Positions 63,363 through 64,000 of a stretch of DNA of 64,000 bases are shown here, piece by piece. Origin of the DNA: Laetmonice hystrix (lineage: Eukaryota). Under the pieces are notes generated by a model that was not told the DNA's origin, made no database searches, and saw only the letters and a list, made by a program, of their open reading frames with translations. The position numbers were made by a program, and so were the translations under genes. Location: assembly GCA_965235115.1 (NCBI GenBank), contig OZ249437.1:18104001-18168000 (forward strand). The letters are read 5' to 3'. Numbering within the stretch: the stretch's first letter is position 1; every line of letters begins with the position of its first letter.

Positions 63363-64000
63363 TAATACGGTGGGAACGTTAGCATGGGGAATATTTCAGT
63401 GACTAGGCCTACCAGCCGTATATATTCTGGGTGTCATGGTGACAGGATTGTTACGGTCAGACTATGTCTTAGACCATGACATAGGCTAATACATAAATCC
63501 GCGTCCGCTGTAAAGTAGGCCTATGGGACGTGCAGGTGTAAATGTCGTTCGCACCAAATGAAATACACTGCTACCAATAAGATAAAAGAAAAAGACACTC
63601 AGTCTGGTACTTTTTATGTGTATTGTTTATTTCACTCCCCTGCAACCCTAATTAAAATTTCAGTGTTCTCAGGAGTATCAAAAATGAACGGAAAAATCGG
63701 CTTGGAATACAACAGGAAGCCTGTGTAAAAAGGATTTGGTCTTCTACGATAATATTCTACTTACCTACCGAAGAAGAATAGTAAGAATCTATTTAATTAG
63801 ACCATACGGGTTGCCTTTCAATAGACATAATACGATCTCTCACACAGATGAATGGTATTTCGGATTTCATGTGGCCATGATTCCGACGGATTCCGACATG
63901 ATTCCGTAGATCTCCGAGTGTCGTCGGTGATAGACCCCACTAGAGCGACCTCTGTCGGTATCTAACGACACTAGCCAAACACCGCCTTCCATCTTCCACC

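Overview
Eukaryotic, intron-rich genomic DNA from a non-vertebrate bilaterian. The taxon is inferred only from gene structure and repeat types. One protein-coding gene is firmly supported: a GLIS1/GLIS3-type C2H2 zinc-finger transcription factor on the minus strand. I reconstruct it as complement(join(27810..28236, 12271..13676, 2143..2304, 1080..1190)), about 702 codons containing all five fingers, with GT-AG junctions and matching phases. Its C-terminal exons lie left of the window and its non-coding first exon is not located. From about 28.3 kb to the end there is no recognisable coding exon. That region holds several CpG-rich promoter/enhancer-like islands and a cluster of CTCF-consensus sites at 60.8-62.8 kb. 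About 10 kb of the window is tandem repeat (more than 20 arrays, units 2-88 bp), and these arrays explain nearly all long ORFs in the track. The window also contains small TIR elements (Kolobok-like, Harbinger-like, hAT-like), tRNA-headed SINE copies, a Tc1 transposase fossil and a 176-N assembly gap. I see no prokaryote-type system such as CRISPR or an operon. The most unusual signals are: about 23 copies of the palindrome TAGGCCTA plus 7 of TACATGTA (possible transposon excision footprints); a telomere-like 55-bp satellite split by an insert carrying two exact CTCF sites; a pre-miRNA-sized hairpin at 59.24 kb; and a Tyr-to-Leu change in the GLIS SUFU-binding motif.
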